Assembly (NCBI GenBank): GCA_900772475.1 | Contig: CAAHEI010000085.1 | Coordinates: 3,125-67,124 of the forward strand | Direction of reading: 5' to 3' | Length of the DNA stretch: 64,000 bases | Origin: Clostridia bacterium | Lineage (GTDB): Bacteria > Bacillota > Clostridia > TANB77 > CAG-465 | Shown: positions 9,746-18,377 of the stretch, in pieces | How positions within the stretch are numbered: the stretch's first letter is position 1 | Layout: each line of letters opens with the position of its first letter | Made by a program: the position numbers and the translations under genes | Notes under the pieces: generated by a model | Told to the model about the DNA's origin: nothing | The model's database searches: none | The model's input: only the letters and a program-made list of their open reading frames with translations

Positions 9746-10588
9746 TTAAGTTCTATTTTTCTTTAATTCAACTAAATTATAATTTGAGTCAAATTTAAAG
9801 ATCTTGTCATCTATAAGAACCATACAACCTTCTCCCACTGGAATTATTCCCCTGCTATTTGGTTGCACTATTCTAAAAAGTTTATCATAAACTAACTGTT
9901 TGTCTTTTAATTTGACCCCCCTTTCTCTTTTGCCAATTTTAACAATTTCAACTTCCGGAACTTCGTCTGTTGAATTTTTAGTAACTTTATCCTCCTCATC
10001 AATATTTTCAAATTGGAATTCAATTCCATTCTGAATACATCTGACTGCCAAAATTTTGTCACACGTATAAATTTTACATTTATTATGTGACATTGCATAA
10101 TCCAGCAGAGCAAAATCTGCAACATCTTCATACTCCGGAACTTTAGTTGGGCTACTATACTTACACTTTTCCAACTTAATTTTGTTAGTAGATTCCAGTA
10201 ACACATGGAAAAATTTGACTGCCCTTTTATTTTTTTTAACCTTTTCCTGGAAAATTAATTGTTCAAAAACCTCGGGAAGGATAATTCCTTCCAACTTTTG
10301 GAACTCACAAATTCCAGAAATTATGTATGAAGTGTCATACAGATTTGTCACTTCATCAAAAGTTTCAACATTGGTTTTATGATTTGATGTTTCATCATTG
10401 CCATTCTTCTTACGTAAGGCATTTCCTATTAAAATCCTCCTCAACTTTTCTATACTATTCCTCGAAAAGCCTGAAATAATATGTTTATATTCTTTTTCAG
10501 TTATTCCCAGCTTTTTAATAATTTGAGCCCGTGTATAACCTGCTTCTGCCATACCAATTAATTTTTTTAATGTGATTTTCATCGTCAT
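9746..10588 (-). CDS. Hypothetical protein: N-terminal HTH, a central PIN-like acidic-residue pattern, and a small C-terminal beta-rich domain
   Basis: 280-aa ORF, visibly GC-richer than its neighbours. The N-terminus (GYTRAQIIKKLGITEKEY) looks like an HTH. The motifs LYDTSYII ... DFALLDYA ... YTCDKIL resemble the D/E/D/D layout of PIN domains. This rests on pattern only; no search was run. Confidence 0.35.
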   Translation of the reverse strand: MTMKITLKKLIGMAEAGYTRAQIIKKLGITEKEYKHIISGFSRNSIEKLRRILIGNALRKKNGNDETSNHKTNVETFDEVTNLYDTSYIISGICEFQKLEGIILPEVFEQLIFQEKVKKNKRAVKFFHVLLESTNKIKLEKCKYSSPTKVPEYEDVADFALLDYAMSHNKCKIYTCDKILAVRCIQNGIEFQFENIDEEDKVTKNSTDEVPEVEIVKIGKRERGVKLKDKQLVYDKLFRIVQPNSRGIIPVGEGCMVLIDDKIFKFDSNYNLVELKKNRT

Positions 10589-10725
10589 ATCTCTCCTAAA
10601 AAAAATTTAAAGAGCCAAATGTGTAAAGTAAAGGTGGAAAATAATATACTAGTTTTCTCCTAAAAAACAATTATCATATTTATTAGATTCCAATGGTACT
10701 CTAAACATTAAACTCCTCTAGTTAT

Positions 10726-10754
10726 ATTATACAACTTTTTAAACTTTATGTCAA
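10726..10754 (-). promoter_or_regulatory. Perfect consensus sigma-A promoter for the 9746-10588 gene
   Basis: The minus strand reads TTGACA (10749-10754), a 17-nt spacer, then TATAAT (10726-10731). It is about 85% identical over 35 nt to the promoter at 11475-11503. Confidence 0.7.
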
Positions 10755-10784
10755 ATCTTTTGCTGATTATGATTTAAAAAGAAG

Positions 10785-10810
10785 AATTCCCGAGAAAATT
10801 CTCGGGAATT
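10785..10810 (-). terminator. Rho-independent terminator after the ClpP-like gene
   Basis: GC-containing 10-bp stem AATTCCCGAG / CTCGGGAATT with a 6-nt loop, followed on the minus strand by a T-rich tail (CTTCTTTTT). Confidence 0.7.
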
Positions 10811-10819
10811 AAAAAAATT

Positions 10820-11383
10820 TTAGTATATTTCCACTTTCTTTGGAATACGATATATGCCTGAAATATTTTCAAGCAATTCCGTTGCAAAACCTAGACTTAC
10901 AACCTCATTTGGGGTATACTCCAAATCATCTCCTGAATCAAACAATTCTGTAAAATTTGGAATGTTAACTTTTAACTCAGGATTGCTTAGGTAACATTGA
11001 AGTATCCTTTTATTGTCCTCAACAATACTTTCCCAGAGATCCTTTGCAGCTTTTGCATTTAGCTTTGCTTTATCAATTTTCACAGAAGCTCCATGAATAA
11101 GGAAATAGCAATTATTTGTTATAAGTCTTTTATTCCCTGCCGCAAAAATAACAGTTGCAATACTACGACATTTTCCAATTGCAACAGTTGTTATTTCAAT
11201 ATCCAATGCCATAAGCATATCATATATGGCAAATCCATATGTGATTTCACCACCATTTGAATCAATAATAATGACAATTTCCTTCGTATCACTTCTAATA
11301 ACCTCATCCACAAATTTTAAAAATTTTTCGTAGACTTGAGTATTTATATCTCCGTTAATGCTAAAGAACTTTTTTTCCATCAA
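10820..11383 (-). CDS. Divergent ClpP-family (S14) serine peptidase paralogue
   Basis: 187 aa. IIIDSNGGEITYGFAIYDMLMALDIEITTVAIGKCRSIATVIFAAGNKRLITNNCYFLIHGAS aligns by eye with the ClpP core (SPGG...IYDTM...G.AASMG...IHQP). Ser and His candidates are retained, as is a distal acidic DSGDD segment. Confidence 0.6.
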   Translation of the reverse strand: MMEKKFFSINGDINTQVYEKFLKFVDEVIRSDTKEIVIIIDSNGGEITYGFAIYDMLMALDIEITTVAIGKCRSIATVIFAAGNKRLITNNCYFLIHGASVKIDKAKLNAKAAKDLWESIVEDNKRILQCYLSNPELKVNIPNFTELFDSGDDLEYTPNEVVSLGFATELLENISGIYRIPKKVEIY

Positions 11384-11474
11384 TATGGCCTCCTATAAAT
11401 TTTATTGTGAAACAATCAGGAGCTGACCTCTCCCGAAAATTTTCGAGAGTATATGCAATTTACTCTACATAATT

Positions 11475-11503
11475 ATTATACAACATTTTTAATTTTATGT
11501 CAA
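11475..11503 (-). promoter_or_regulatory. Perfect consensus sigma-A promoter for the ClpP-like gene
   Basis: The minus strand reads TTGACA (11498-11503), a 17-nt spacer, then TATAAT (11475-11480). An imperfect palindrome, CTCTCCCGAAAATTTTCGAGAG, lies in the leader at about 11428-11450. Confidence 0.7.
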
Positions 11504-11596
11504 GTAGTGTACTCTTTCATTCATCACTCACCTCCACTAACTTATTTTGTAGTTAGTTAGATTTTTTAAATGGAAAAGAAAAGAATACATAACAAA

Positions 11597-11632
11597 ATAG
11601 ATAAAGTAACACTAAAGTGCTACTTTATCTAT
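11597..11632 (-). terminator. Terminator hairpin after the 11635-12354 gene
   Basis: 12-bp perfect stem ATAGATAAAGTA / TACTTTATCTAT with a 12-nt loop, then TTTGTT on the minus strand. Confidence 0.55.
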
Positions 11633-11634
11633 TT

Positions 11635-12354
11635 TTATTTTACCTTTTTAAAATATACTCTATTTTGTGTACTAAGATTCATTCCCTCACATTCGTCTGA
11701 TGATGCGTTATAGAAAAATAAAGCATATGGAGTAGTTATTGTTGAAATAGATACCTTATCATTAATAACTAATTTTTTCCTATTTAATTCAAGATAATAT
11801 ATATCTGTCCTTAAAATAGATGTATTTTTATTAAATTCCTCTTCATTAAAACCATATTCATCATTAATTTGCTCTATTGCACTATCCCCTAAAGAGAGAG
11901 TATACTCTCCTTCATAATAATTATCTGTTTTATCATTTTCATCTTCATACCAATAATATGTTCCATCATCTTTTAACTCTAAAACTGAACCATCACTTGC
12001 CATCCATTTATTTCCCTTGATTTTATTCTCTACATCTAAATCATCTGTAATTCCCTCAGAAATATCATTATACAATTCTGTAATATTAGACTTTATATTT
12101 TCTTCATTAATCAAACTTGGTTTTCCAGCTATAAATATTATGAAAAAAGTCCATAAAATTGTAATAATTATTGATACTACAGATAGAATAATTCCTGCTA
12201 TACCAAATGCCTTTTTTTGCTTTTTTACTAATGAAATTATACCAAGTATAATTGATAATAACGCCAAAGGAATAGATATGTATATTAAACTACATATTAT
12301 TGCTATTATACCTAATACCATTGAAGCTATACCAAGCCCCTTTTTTTCTTTCAT
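11635..12354 (-). CDS. Membrane protein with a DUF4190-like N-terminal helical hairpin and an extracellular C-terminal domain
   Basis: 239 aa. The N-terminus GLGIASMVLGIIAIICSLIYISIPLALLSIILGIISLVKK plus one further TM helix, followed by a soluble acidic domain. Confidence 0.45.
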   Translation of the reverse strand: MKEKKGLGIASMVLGIIAIICSLIYISIPLALLSIILGIISLVKKQKKAFGIAGIILSVVSIIITILWTFFIIFIAGKPSLINEENIKSNITELYNDISEGITDDLDVENKIKGNKWMASDGSVLELKDDGTYYWYEDENDKTDNYYEGEYTLSLGDSAIEQINDEYGFNEEEFNKNTSILRTDIYYLELNRKKLVINDKVSISTITTPYALFFYNASSDECEGMNLSTQNRVYFKKVK

Positions 12355-12419
12355 ATACTAACCTCCCTAAATATAATAAAATATTAACACAAAAAATATC
12401 ACTATGCAATACATATTTA

Positions 12420-12466
12420 TTATTTTATTATTTTATTATTTTATTATTTTATTATTTTATTATTTT
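12420..12466. repeat. Tandem 8-bp repeat (TTATTTTA), about 5.8 copies, intergenic
   Basis: Direct reading: five perfect units from 12420 plus one partial unit. Confidence 0.9.
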
Positions 12467-12531
12467 TAGCCATACTAACCAAAAGGAGATGAATATAAAA
12501 TATCATCTCCTTTATTACTCTAATACTTTTT

Positions 12532-13749
12532 TTAATTTGAAGCCTGTGTTGTATCATCACTTTCAAGAGTCACTTGAACATTCATATCTTTATTTTGTCT
12601 ATGAACCTTTAATGTAATCTTGTCTCCAACATTTTTAGTGTTTTTTATTTCATTCAATTCTTCCATTGTTGTTATATCTTTACCTTCTATTCCTGTTATA
12701 ACATCACCTTTTTGAAGTCCAGCCTTTGATGCAGGTGAATTTGTAACAACTTGTGCTACATATACACCTTGTGGTAAATTATTCATTTTAGCTGTAGTTT
12801 CATCAACGTTTATACCTGATACACCAATATATGGTCTTACTATTTTTTTATCTTTTATAAGTTTATTAATTATATCAACTGCATCATCACTAGGAATTGC
12901 AAAACCAAGACCTTCTACAGATGTACCACTAAGTGAAGATCCAATTTTTACAGTATTAATACCAATTACTTGCCCTTGTGAATTAACTAAAGCTCCACCA
13001 CTATTTCCAGGATTTATTGCAGCGTCTGTTTGAATCAATTTGTATGTTCTACCGCTAGTTGTTATTTTTCTATTTAAAGCAGATATATAACCTACTGTAA
13101 CACTACCAGCCAACTCTTGACCTAGTGGATTACCAATAGCAACTGCTATATCTCCAACTTGAAGTTCTGATGATTTACCAAACTCTGCAGCTGCAAGTCC
13201 TGTTTTTTCAACTTTAATAACGGCTAAATCTGTTGTTTCATCATATCCAACTATACTTGCTTCAATTGTTTCATCTGAGTCTGCAAGTGTAACTGAAATT
13301 TTAGCACTTGAATCTTTTATTGCACTTTCAATTACATGATAATTTGTAACAATGTAACCATCCTGTGAATATATAATTCCAGATCCCTCTTCACTTGATT
13401 CTTGAAGAGAGCCAAACATTGTTTGTGACATTGCATTTATTTTTATTCCAACAATTGATGGTCCAGCTTTTTTGGCAATTGCAACAACTGGACTATCAGT
13501 AGCTTCAATTTTAATACTTGTTGTATTGTTATTACTTGTATTAGTAGAATTATTACCGTTTGTTTTTGTAAGAATTGTATATGTTAAAACACTACCTATA
13601 GCACCTGCAATAATTGCTGTAATAACAGCCATTATAAACATGGGAGTACTATTTCTTTTTTCCTTAATAAACATCTTTGTTCCAACGCTTTTCTGTTCTG
13701 TAGCTTTTTTTTCTTTTGTTATCTTTTTTTCTTCTTCATTTTCACTCAT
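12532..13749 (-). CDS. HtrA/DegP-family serine protease with a PDZ domain, membrane anchored
   Basis: 405 aa with an N-terminal TM helix. Trypsin-fold motifs HV (TNYHVIE), DLAVIKV and GNSGGALV, plus a C-terminal PDZ (GLQKGDVITGIEGKDI). Confidence 0.9.
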   Translation of the reverse strand: MSENEEEKKITKEKKATEQKSVGTKMFIKEKRNSTPMFIMAVITAIIAGAIGSVLTYTILTKTNGNNSTNTSNNNTTSIKIEATDSPVVAIAKKAGPSIVGIKINAMSQTMFGSLQESSEEGSGIIYSQDGYIVTNYHVIESAIKDSSAKISVTLADSDETIEASIVGYDETTDLAVIKVEKTGLAAAEFGKSSELQVGDIAVAIGNPLGQELAGSVTVGYISALNRKITTSGRTYKLIQTDAAINPGNSGGALVNSQGQVIGINTVKIGSSLSGTSVEGLGFAIPSDDAVDIINKLIKDKKIVRPYIGVSGINVDETTAKMNNLPQGVYVAQVVTNSPASKAGLQKGDVITGIEGKDITTMEELNEIKNTKNVGDKITLKVHRQNKDMNVQVTLESDDTTQASN

Positions 13750-13778
13750 ATTATCCCTCCTAAAAAATATATAATAAA

Positions 13779-15029
13779 TTAAAAACTATCTTTTCCAGCA
13801 GCAACACCAGTTGAAAAAGCAATTTGCAAGTTAAACCCTCCTGTATATGCATCTACATCCAATAATTCACCTGCAATATATACTCCCTTTATTATTTTGG
13901 ATTCCATAGTTTTTGGATTTATTTCCTTTACATTTACTCCGCCACTTGTTATTATTGCCATATCAAGCGGCATAAAGCCAGAAATATTTACTTTTAGATT
14001 TTTAATTATCTTAATTAAATTTTCTCTCTGTTCTCTAGTAATTTGATGAACCTTTTTCTCTTTATCTATTTTTGATAAGTTAATTATTGGAGATATTAAT
14101 TTTTGAGGTAAAAGATCATTTAAAGAGTTTTTAAATTCTTTATTTGTATATTTTTCAAAATCTCGCTGTATTCTTTTATCTAGCACCTCTATACTTAACG
14201 CAGGTTTTAAATCAATTACAAGTTCAATTTGCTTTTTACTTAACTTTTCTTTTATATTTTTTACTGTGTTTAATTTACTACTTGCACTTAATATAACTGG
14301 ACCAGTTACTCCAAAATGTGAGAACATCATTTCTCCAAAGTCGCTATATATTATTTTATTATTTGTTTTATCTATAACATTAATTTTAACATTTCTAAGT
14401 GAAAGTCCCTGTAGTTCTTTACATATTTTATCTTCAGATTTTAAAGGAACAAGTCCAGGTTTTATTTCTTTTATACTATGCCCGAGTTTTTCAAGCAAAA
14501 TATATCCATCTCCTGTACTTCCTGTTGATGAATAGCTTTTTCCACCTGTTGCTATAATACATTTATCACAAGCAATTTCAGTACCATTTTCTAGTTTAAC
14601 TCCTGATACCTTTTCATTTTCAGTTATAATTTCTACAACTCTTGAGTTATATTTAATCTCAACATTTTCTTTCTTTAACTTATTTTTTAATGCATTAACA
14701 ACATCCATTGCATTATTACTTACTGGGAAAATTCTTCCTCCTCTTTCAACCTTAGTTTTTACTCCTAATTTATTAAAGAAATCTACTACATCTTTATTAT
14801 TGAAATTTGAAAAAGAGCTATACATAAATTTAGAATTATTGACAATGTTATTTCTAAAATCGTCTTCATTTCCATCAAATGTTAGATTACATCTTCCCTT
14901 TCCAGTTATTTTTAATTTATTTCCAAGTGAACCATTTTTTTCAATTAATATTACATGATTTTTTTCTTTTGCTGATGTAATTGCTGCTATCATGCCTGCA
15001 GCTCCACCACCAATTACAACAACTTTCAT
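13779..15029 (-). CDS. HI0933/YhiN-family NAD(P)/FAD-dependent oxidoreductase
   Basis: 416 aa. The N-terminal FAD fold is MKVVVIGGGAAGMIAA. The C-terminal GELLDVDAYTGGFNLQIAFSTG is typical of this family. Confidence 0.8.
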   Translation of the reverse strand: MKVVVIGGGAAGMIAAITSAKEKNHVILIEKNGSLGNKLKITGKGRCNLTFDGNEDDFRNNIVNNSKFMYSSFSNFNNKDVVDFFNKLGVKTKVERGGRIFPVSNNAMDVVNALKNKLKKENVEIKYNSRVVEIITENEKVSGVKLENGTEIACDKCIIATGGKSYSSTGSTGDGYILLEKLGHSIKEIKPGLVPLKSEDKICKELQGLSLRNVKINVIDKTNNKIIYSDFGEMMFSHFGVTGPVILSASSKLNTVKNIKEKLSKKQIELVIDLKPALSIEVLDKRIQRDFEKYTNKEFKNSLNDLLPQKLISPIINLSKIDKEKKVHQITREQRENLIKIIKNLKVNISGFMPLDMAIITSGGVNVKEINPKTMESKIIKGVYIAGELLDVDAYTGGFNLQIAFSTGVAAGKDSF

Positions 15030-16297
15030 CTTTTCTCCTTATCAATAATTTTAGATACTGCACTACATACTGCAAGTTTTGCAGACTCATAAGTAAGTCC
15101 CCCTTGCATATACGCAACATATGGTGCACGTATAGGTGAATCAGCTGATAGTTCTATTGATGCCCCTTCTATAAAAGTTCCTGCAGCCATTATAACATCA
15201 TCATCATAGCCTGGCATTGCCCACGGTTGTGGAGTTACATGACTATCTATTGGACTTTCATTTTGAATTTGCTGTATAAATGTTATTAGTTTATCTTTAT
15301 CATTAAATTTTATTGCTTGAACTATATCTGACCTTTTATCAAAAGCTGATGGATATACATCAAAACCTTGTTCTTCTAACATTTTAGCAGCGAATACGGC
15401 TGACATCATTGCGTTTTTAACTATAGATGGAGCCATAAATAATCCTTGTAATATGTTCCTGTTTTGATCTAATGTTGCTCCACATTCTTTACCAATTCCA
15501 GGGCAAGTAAGCTTTTCAGAACATAATTTTATGATTTTACTATCTCCTGCTATATAACCACCTGTTTCACATAGTCCACCACCTGGATTTTTAATTAAAC
15601 TACCGCATACTACATTTACTCCAACATCAGTTGGTTCAAGTTTTTCTGTAAATTCACCATAACAATTGTCAACCATTATTATTACATCTTTATCTATTTT
15701 TCGTATATGTTCCACTACTTCTTTTATATCATCAATACATAAAGATTTTCTTAAAGCATATCCTTTTGATCGTTGAATGTGAATTAATTTTACTTTATTA
15801 TTTTTTAGATATTTTTCAATTTCTTCTATATCAAAATTTCCATCATTTTTTAAATTTATTTCGTCATATCTAACACCATAAGACATTAAAGATAGTGGAT
15901 TTTCTGTTAATCCTATGACTTCGCATAAAGTGTCATACGGTCTTCCACTTATTGCAAGTAATGTATCACTAGGCATAAGTAATGCTTGAAGAACTGTTGC
16001 AATTGTATGTGTGCCATTAACAAATTGTACTCTTACTAGACTATCTTCTGTATGAAATACATCTTTATATATTTTTTCTATTACTTCTCTTCCTGCATCA
16101 TCATATCCATATCCAGTTGTTTTATTCATGTGCATTGTTGATACTTTGTTATCTTTAAATGCCTTTAATACTTTTGCTTGATTATACAGTGCTGTTTCTT
16201 CTATTTCATCAAATACAAATTTTATGCTCTCTTCAACTTCTTTTGATTTTAATAGTACATCACTAGATATGTTAAACATTTCATCTAAGTTATCCAT
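15026..16297 (-). CDS. Methionine gamma-lyase family / aluminium-resistance (YnbB-like) PLP-dependent protein
   Basis: 423 aa whose layout matches my recollection of the YnbB-type Cys/Met-metabolism PLP fold (QRSKGY lysine region). It overlaps the downstream gene by 4 nt. Confidence 0.65.
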   Translation of the reverse strand: MDNLDEMFNISSDVLLKSKEVEESIKFVFDEIEETALYNQAKVLKAFKDNKVSTMHMNKTTGYGYDDAGREVIEKIYKDVFHTEDSLVRVQFVNGTHTIATVLQALLMPSDTLLAISGRPYDTLCEVIGLTENPLSLMSYGVRYDEINLKNDGNFDIEEIEKYLKNNKVKLIHIQRSKGYALRKSLCIDDIKEVVEHIRKIDKDVIIMVDNCYGEFTEKLEPTDVGVNVVCGSLIKNPGGGLCETGGYIAGDSKIIKLCSEKLTCPGIGKECGATLDQNRNILQGLFMAPSIVKNAMMSAVFAAKMLEEQGFDVYPSAFDKRSDIVQAIKFNDKDKLITFIQQIQNESPIDSHVTPQPWAMPGYDDDVIMAAGTFIEGASIELSADSPIRAPYVAYMQGGLTYESAKLAVCSAVSKIIDKEKR

Positions 16298-16385
16298 TTT
16301 TTACCACCATAAGCATTATATCACAAATAATAATTATTGTGAATATACTAAACTTAATTTCACTAAAATTTCACCATGTACACAT

Positions 16386-16417
16386 AAAAGAGTACACATA
16401 ATAACGTGTACTCTTTT
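16386..16417 (-). terminator. Rho-independent terminator after the 16421-16606 ORF
   Basis: 12-bp stem AAAAGAGTACAC / GTGTACTCTTTT with an 8-nt loop. T-runs lie on both sides. Confidence 0.65.
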
Positions 16418-16420
16418 CAA

Positions 16421-16606
16421 CTATATACTATTCATGATATTTAATAAAATGTTACGAATTGTTTCATTATCTTTTACGATTTTAATTTCTTCGTCAACTA
16501 TTAAAAAAATATCTTCATCACTTAGTATATAATACTTTTTGTCTTCTGAATATATAATCCCAATTACCTCCATTTCTATTTTTTTTCCGTCTTTAATAAC
16601 GAACAT
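16421..16606 (-). CDS. Small acidic hypothetical protein (61 aa)
   Basis: ORF preceded by a GGAGGAAT SD at 16611-16618 and followed by a terminator. No family was recognised. Confidence 0.4.
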   Translation of the reverse strand: MFVIKDGKKIEMEVIGIIYSEDKKYYILSDEDIFLIVDEEIKIVKDNETIRNILLNIMNSI

Positions 16607-16853
16607 TTTGAATTCCTCCTAAAAATTAATAATATTTTTAAATTTATATATCAACTTTATATAGTATACAATATTTTTGAACGTTTGTCAACTTTTTATT
16701 CTATATTAATAAATAAGCAAAATATTAAGCCTAAGTTTATAATTATTAATTTAACTATATGACCTACTAACACTATGTATGCTTTATTACCATGTTATAA
16801 AAATTATGACATGATAATTTATCTTTTATATCAAAAATTAATTTTTCATATAA

Positions 16854-17210
16854 TACAAAAAAAGTTTTAGACTTATAAAATGCCAAAACTGCGATTACTT
16901 TTCTATTCCTAAAAAAGCTCATAAAACTTTATATTGTGATGAAATATTTGAAGAAGGTAAGACTTGTAAAAAATATGCTGAAAGCCTTGCCTTCAGTAGA
17001 ATTTTTGCAAATGATCCCGTTTATAAAAGATATAGAAATAGGTATAGAAATTTGAATAAACAGGCTTCATTAAGTAACAATCCTGAAGTGCAAATTCTTT
17101 ATGAAAAATATAAAACAGATGGTTCTAAAATGCTTGAAAAATATCGACATGGTAAAATCACTGCTGAAGAATTTGAAGATTGGATTAATAGTATGAAAAT
17201 AAAGAAATAA
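16854..17210 (+). pseudogene. ORF with no start codon that encodes a Cys4 motif and a basic tail; probably a remnant or frameshifted small gene of mobile-element origin
   Basis: The frame is open from 16854 to the TAA at 17208-17210 and encodes ...CQNCDYFSIPKKAHKTLYCDEIFEEGKTCKKYAE...ITAEEFEDWINSMKIKK. It has no ATG. A short ATG ORF (16775-16870) would join it after a 1-nt change in the A7 run at 16857-16863. From memory it resembles the C-terminal module of DUF6076-like Firmicute proteins; this is unverified. Confidence 0.3.
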
Positions 17211-17268
17211 TACAAAAAGAGATGATTTTTAATCATCCCTTTTTAGCTTACTTTTATTAATTTTTAAA

Positions 17269-17628
17269 TTATTCCATGTCTTCAAGATCTTCTTGGTTTT
17301 TAGTGAATTCATCAAATACTTTTTTACCTAATTTTTCATCAGTAACCGTATCATATACCTCTTCACCATCTACTTCCTTGATCTCAAGAATTGTTACTTC
17401 TACATCATCTTCTTCATTTCTATCTGCCTCAGCTACAATTAGAAATTCTCTTTCATCATCAAGTGTAACTACATCAATAATTTCAAATTTAACATCGTTT
17501 CCTTCTTCATCTGTTAGAGTAACTATTGGACTTATATCATCTGGAAGACCTTCTCCAAAATGATCATGTCCACAACCTGCACAAGAATCACATCCTGCTG
17601 CACATCCATTTAATTCTTCTTTATCCAT
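17269..17628 (-). CDS. DUF1292-family acidic protein with an N-terminal Cys-rich extension
   Basis: 119 aa. VTLTDEEGNDVKFEIIDVVTLDDEREFLIV matches the DUF1292 core pattern. The N-terminus is CAAGCDSCAGCGHDH. Confidence 0.65.
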   Translation of the reverse strand: MDKEELNGCAAGCDSCAGCGHDHFGEGLPDDISPIVTLTDEEGNDVKFEIIDVVTLDDEREFLIVAEADRNEEDDVEVTILEIKEVDGEEVYDTVTDEKLGKKVFDEFTKNQEDLEDME

Positions 17629-17654
17629 ATTTTTTCCTCCTTTTATATTTAAAA

Positions 17655-18068
17655 CTATAAACTGTTTAAATATCCTTCTAATATATATGTAGCTGCTAAT
17701 TTATCTGCATATGTATTTTTTTTCTTCTGAGAAATATTAAGCTTTCTCATAGTTTTGTATGCAGAAACAGTAGTAAGTCTTTCATCCCACTTAACAATTT
17801 CAATATCTACTTTTTCTTTTAGCAAAGAAATAATTTCGTCAACTTTTTTTGTCTTATCAGACATTGTACCATTCATGTTTTTAGGATAACCAAATACTAT
17901 AGTTGTTATACCATATTCTTTGATTAAACTTTTTATATGATTTATTAATTTTTTTGTACTATTGTTTATTACAAGTGTATCTAGTCCTTGAGCTGTTATA
18001 TTTAGTTCATCTGAAATAGCTAGTCCTACTCTTACGTCTCCGTAATCTATACCTAAAATTCTACTCAT
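17655..18068 (-). CDS. ruvX: Holliday-junction resolvase-like nuclease RuvX (YqgF)
   Basis: 137 aa with the N-terminus ILGIDYGDVRVGLAISD. It sits in the conserved ireB-ruvX-DUF1292 neighbourhood. Confidence 0.9.
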   Translation of the reverse strand: MSRILGIDYGDVRVGLAISDELNITAQGLDTLVINNSTKKLINHIKSLIKEYGITTIVFGYPKNMNGTMSDKTKKVDEIISLLKEKVDIEIVKWDERLTTVSAYKTMRKLNISQKKKNTYADKLAATYILEGYLNSL

Positions 18069-18074
18069 AATTGC

Positions 18075-18329
18075 CTATAAATCTAAATATTTTTTTATCA
18101 TTTCTTGTAATAAATCATCTCTTTCAATTTTACAGATTAATGCTCTTGCATTTTGGTGTGATGTAATATATGTTGGGTCACCTGATAATATGTACCCTAT
18201 TATTTGACTAACGGGTTCATATCCCTTATCTTTAAGGGCGGCAACAACTTGTTCCATTATTTCTTTTACTCTTTTTGATTCATCTTTTTGTGGTTTAAAA
18301 ACTGTTGTATTTTGATCCATAAAAATCAC
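18075..18329 (-). CDS. IreB-family regulatory phosphoprotein (UPF0297)
   Basis: 84-aa ORF; the start may instead be the internal MDQNT. VAALKDKGYEPVSQIIGYILSGDPTYITSHQNAR is the family signature. Confidence 0.8.
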   Translation of the reverse strand: MIFMDQNTTVFKPQKDESKRVKEIMEQVVAALKDKGYEPVSQIIGYILSGDPTYITSHQNARALICKIERDDLLQEMIKKYLDL

Positions 18330-18377
18330 TCCTTTTTTTATTATACTACATTATTTTAAAAATAATGATTAATATAA

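Noticed and set aside
9907-10206. A 99-aa ORF nested in another frame of the same strand inside the 280-aa gene.
   Set aside because: It has no SD and its composition is Lys/Leu/Ile-rich. It is open only because the host gene is GC-richer and has fewer stop-prone triplets. The 280-aa frame has the SD and the promoter.
12420-12466. A tandem repeat that might suggest a CRISPR or regulatory array.
   Set aside because: The unit is only 8 bp with no spacers, the sequence is pure A/T, and there are no cas genes. It is simple slippage-prone DNA in an intergenic region.
14941-15129. A 62-aa minus-strand ORF spanning the junction of two enzyme genes.
   Set aside because: It is out of frame with both well-supported genes, which overlap by 4 nt, and it has no SD.
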